From: Mobula hypostoma
Taxonomy: Eukaryota
Assembly: GCF_963921235.1 (NCBI RefSeq)
Contig: NC_086097.1
Location: forward strand, 69,566,001 to 69,630,000
Direction of reading: 5' to 3'
DNA: 64,000 nucleotides
The first letter of the stretch is position 1. Every line of letters begins with the position of its first letter. The notes beneath the pieces were generated by a model that was given only the letters and a program-made list of their open reading frames with translations, had not been told where the DNA came from and made no database searches. The translations under genes were made by a program, and so were the position numbers. Of the stretch, positions 63,132 through 64,000 are shown piece by piece.

Positions 63132-63399
63132 TATAATTTTTATCTTTTAAAAAAAGATCCTAAGTAATTTCCAATATTCGAATGTCGAAAATGTCTCAAA
63201 TTTCAGTGTGATTGTGTGTCTTATGAGTTGTTAAAGGTCATTTTGTCAGTTGCACCAGTGTTAGGGGCTTGGAGAAGCACTGAACCTTGCTGATGAGTTG
63301 GGATCTGGACTCCCAGTGAAAGTTTGGATCTGGTACCATAGTAAAAGAGGTCTCTGATCTCAGGGCAGGAGGTTTTAATTGTCTGTGTTTCCTGTTTAG

Positions 63400-63622
63400 G
63401 ATGATGAGCCTCAAGAAGATGCTAAAGAAATTCAGCAGGGTAGGCCATACCATTGGAGGGATTGGTCTATCATTCGTGGAAGAGATTGTTTATACATCTG
63501 GAGTGATGCAGCAGCCTTAGAGTTGTCAAATGGGAGTAATGGATGGTTTCGATTCATTTTGGATGGGAAATTAGCTACAATGTATTCTAGTGGAAGCCCA
63601 GAAGGTGGCTCTGACAGTTCAG
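63400..63622 (+). CDS. HECTD1: HECTD1 coding exon 12 (gene continues beyond window)
   Basis: [95 protein letters not shown]; 223 nt. Confidence 0.98.
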
Positions 63623-64000
63623 GTAATGTATACTTGTCCACTAAGTTAAAAATGTGCAGATGTCAAGATGACTCAATGTGCAGGTGCATCATATGTAATG
63701 GTGCTGATCTATGTCTGTCAAGAAAGTGTAAACCAGACCTTGTTCCTCTTTTTGATTTCAGCATTGGGATGTATGTTAACTTAGTTCAACAGAGTGTAGA
63801 ATTAGAACATAGAACAGTCCAGCACAGGAACAGGTCCTCCAGCCTACTATGTTGTGACGAATTAATTTAATTTAGTAATCAAATGCAATGTAAAACAACT
63901 CCTTTTCACCTGTACAATGTCCATATCCTTCCGTTTTCTGCACATTCATTCAATTGATACTCTCTACTGAATTTGTTCTACCTCTACCTCTCTCAGTGCA

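Noticed and set aside
63523..63870. ORF-track read-through C-termini of HECTD1 exons (also 35831-36142, 41800-42129, 44738-44965)
   Set aside because: Similarity to HECTD1 stops at canonical GT donors with consistent phases; the extensions are intron sequence.

Overview
Eukaryotic, intron-rich vertebrate DNA. The repeat content (CR1, Rex1/Babar, HE1-type V-SINEs, Penelope hairpins) suggests a cartilaginous fish, probably a ray; this is inference. The only host gene is the 5' part of HECTD1 (HECT E3 ubiquitin ligase) on the + strand. It has a CpG-island promoter at about 8.43-9.13 kb, a probable non-coding first exon, and 12 phase-consistent GT-AG coding exons (ATG 9460 to 63622; 2158 coding nt, about 719 codons). 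These cover the ARM-like N-terminus, the ankyrin repeats and the following region; the gene continues past the window. Nearly everything else is transposable-element debris. The most notable structures are: (1) a 1.3 kb Gypsy-type LTR element reduced to gag, still carrying a tRNA-Trp PBS, PPT, 4-bp TSD and a complete -1 frameshift signal; (2) a 230-bp Penelope-derived palindromic insertion with a 13-14-bp TSD carrying a minimal hammerhead ribozyme core sense to the HECTD1 pre-mRNA; (3) a three-layer nest (hAT > hAT > retroposon) with perfect 8-bp TSDs; (4) a young tRNA-derived SINE with a 16-bp TSD. No prokaryotic-type system (CRISPR, operon) is present. Coordinates were read by eye; boundaries of old repeats are approximate.
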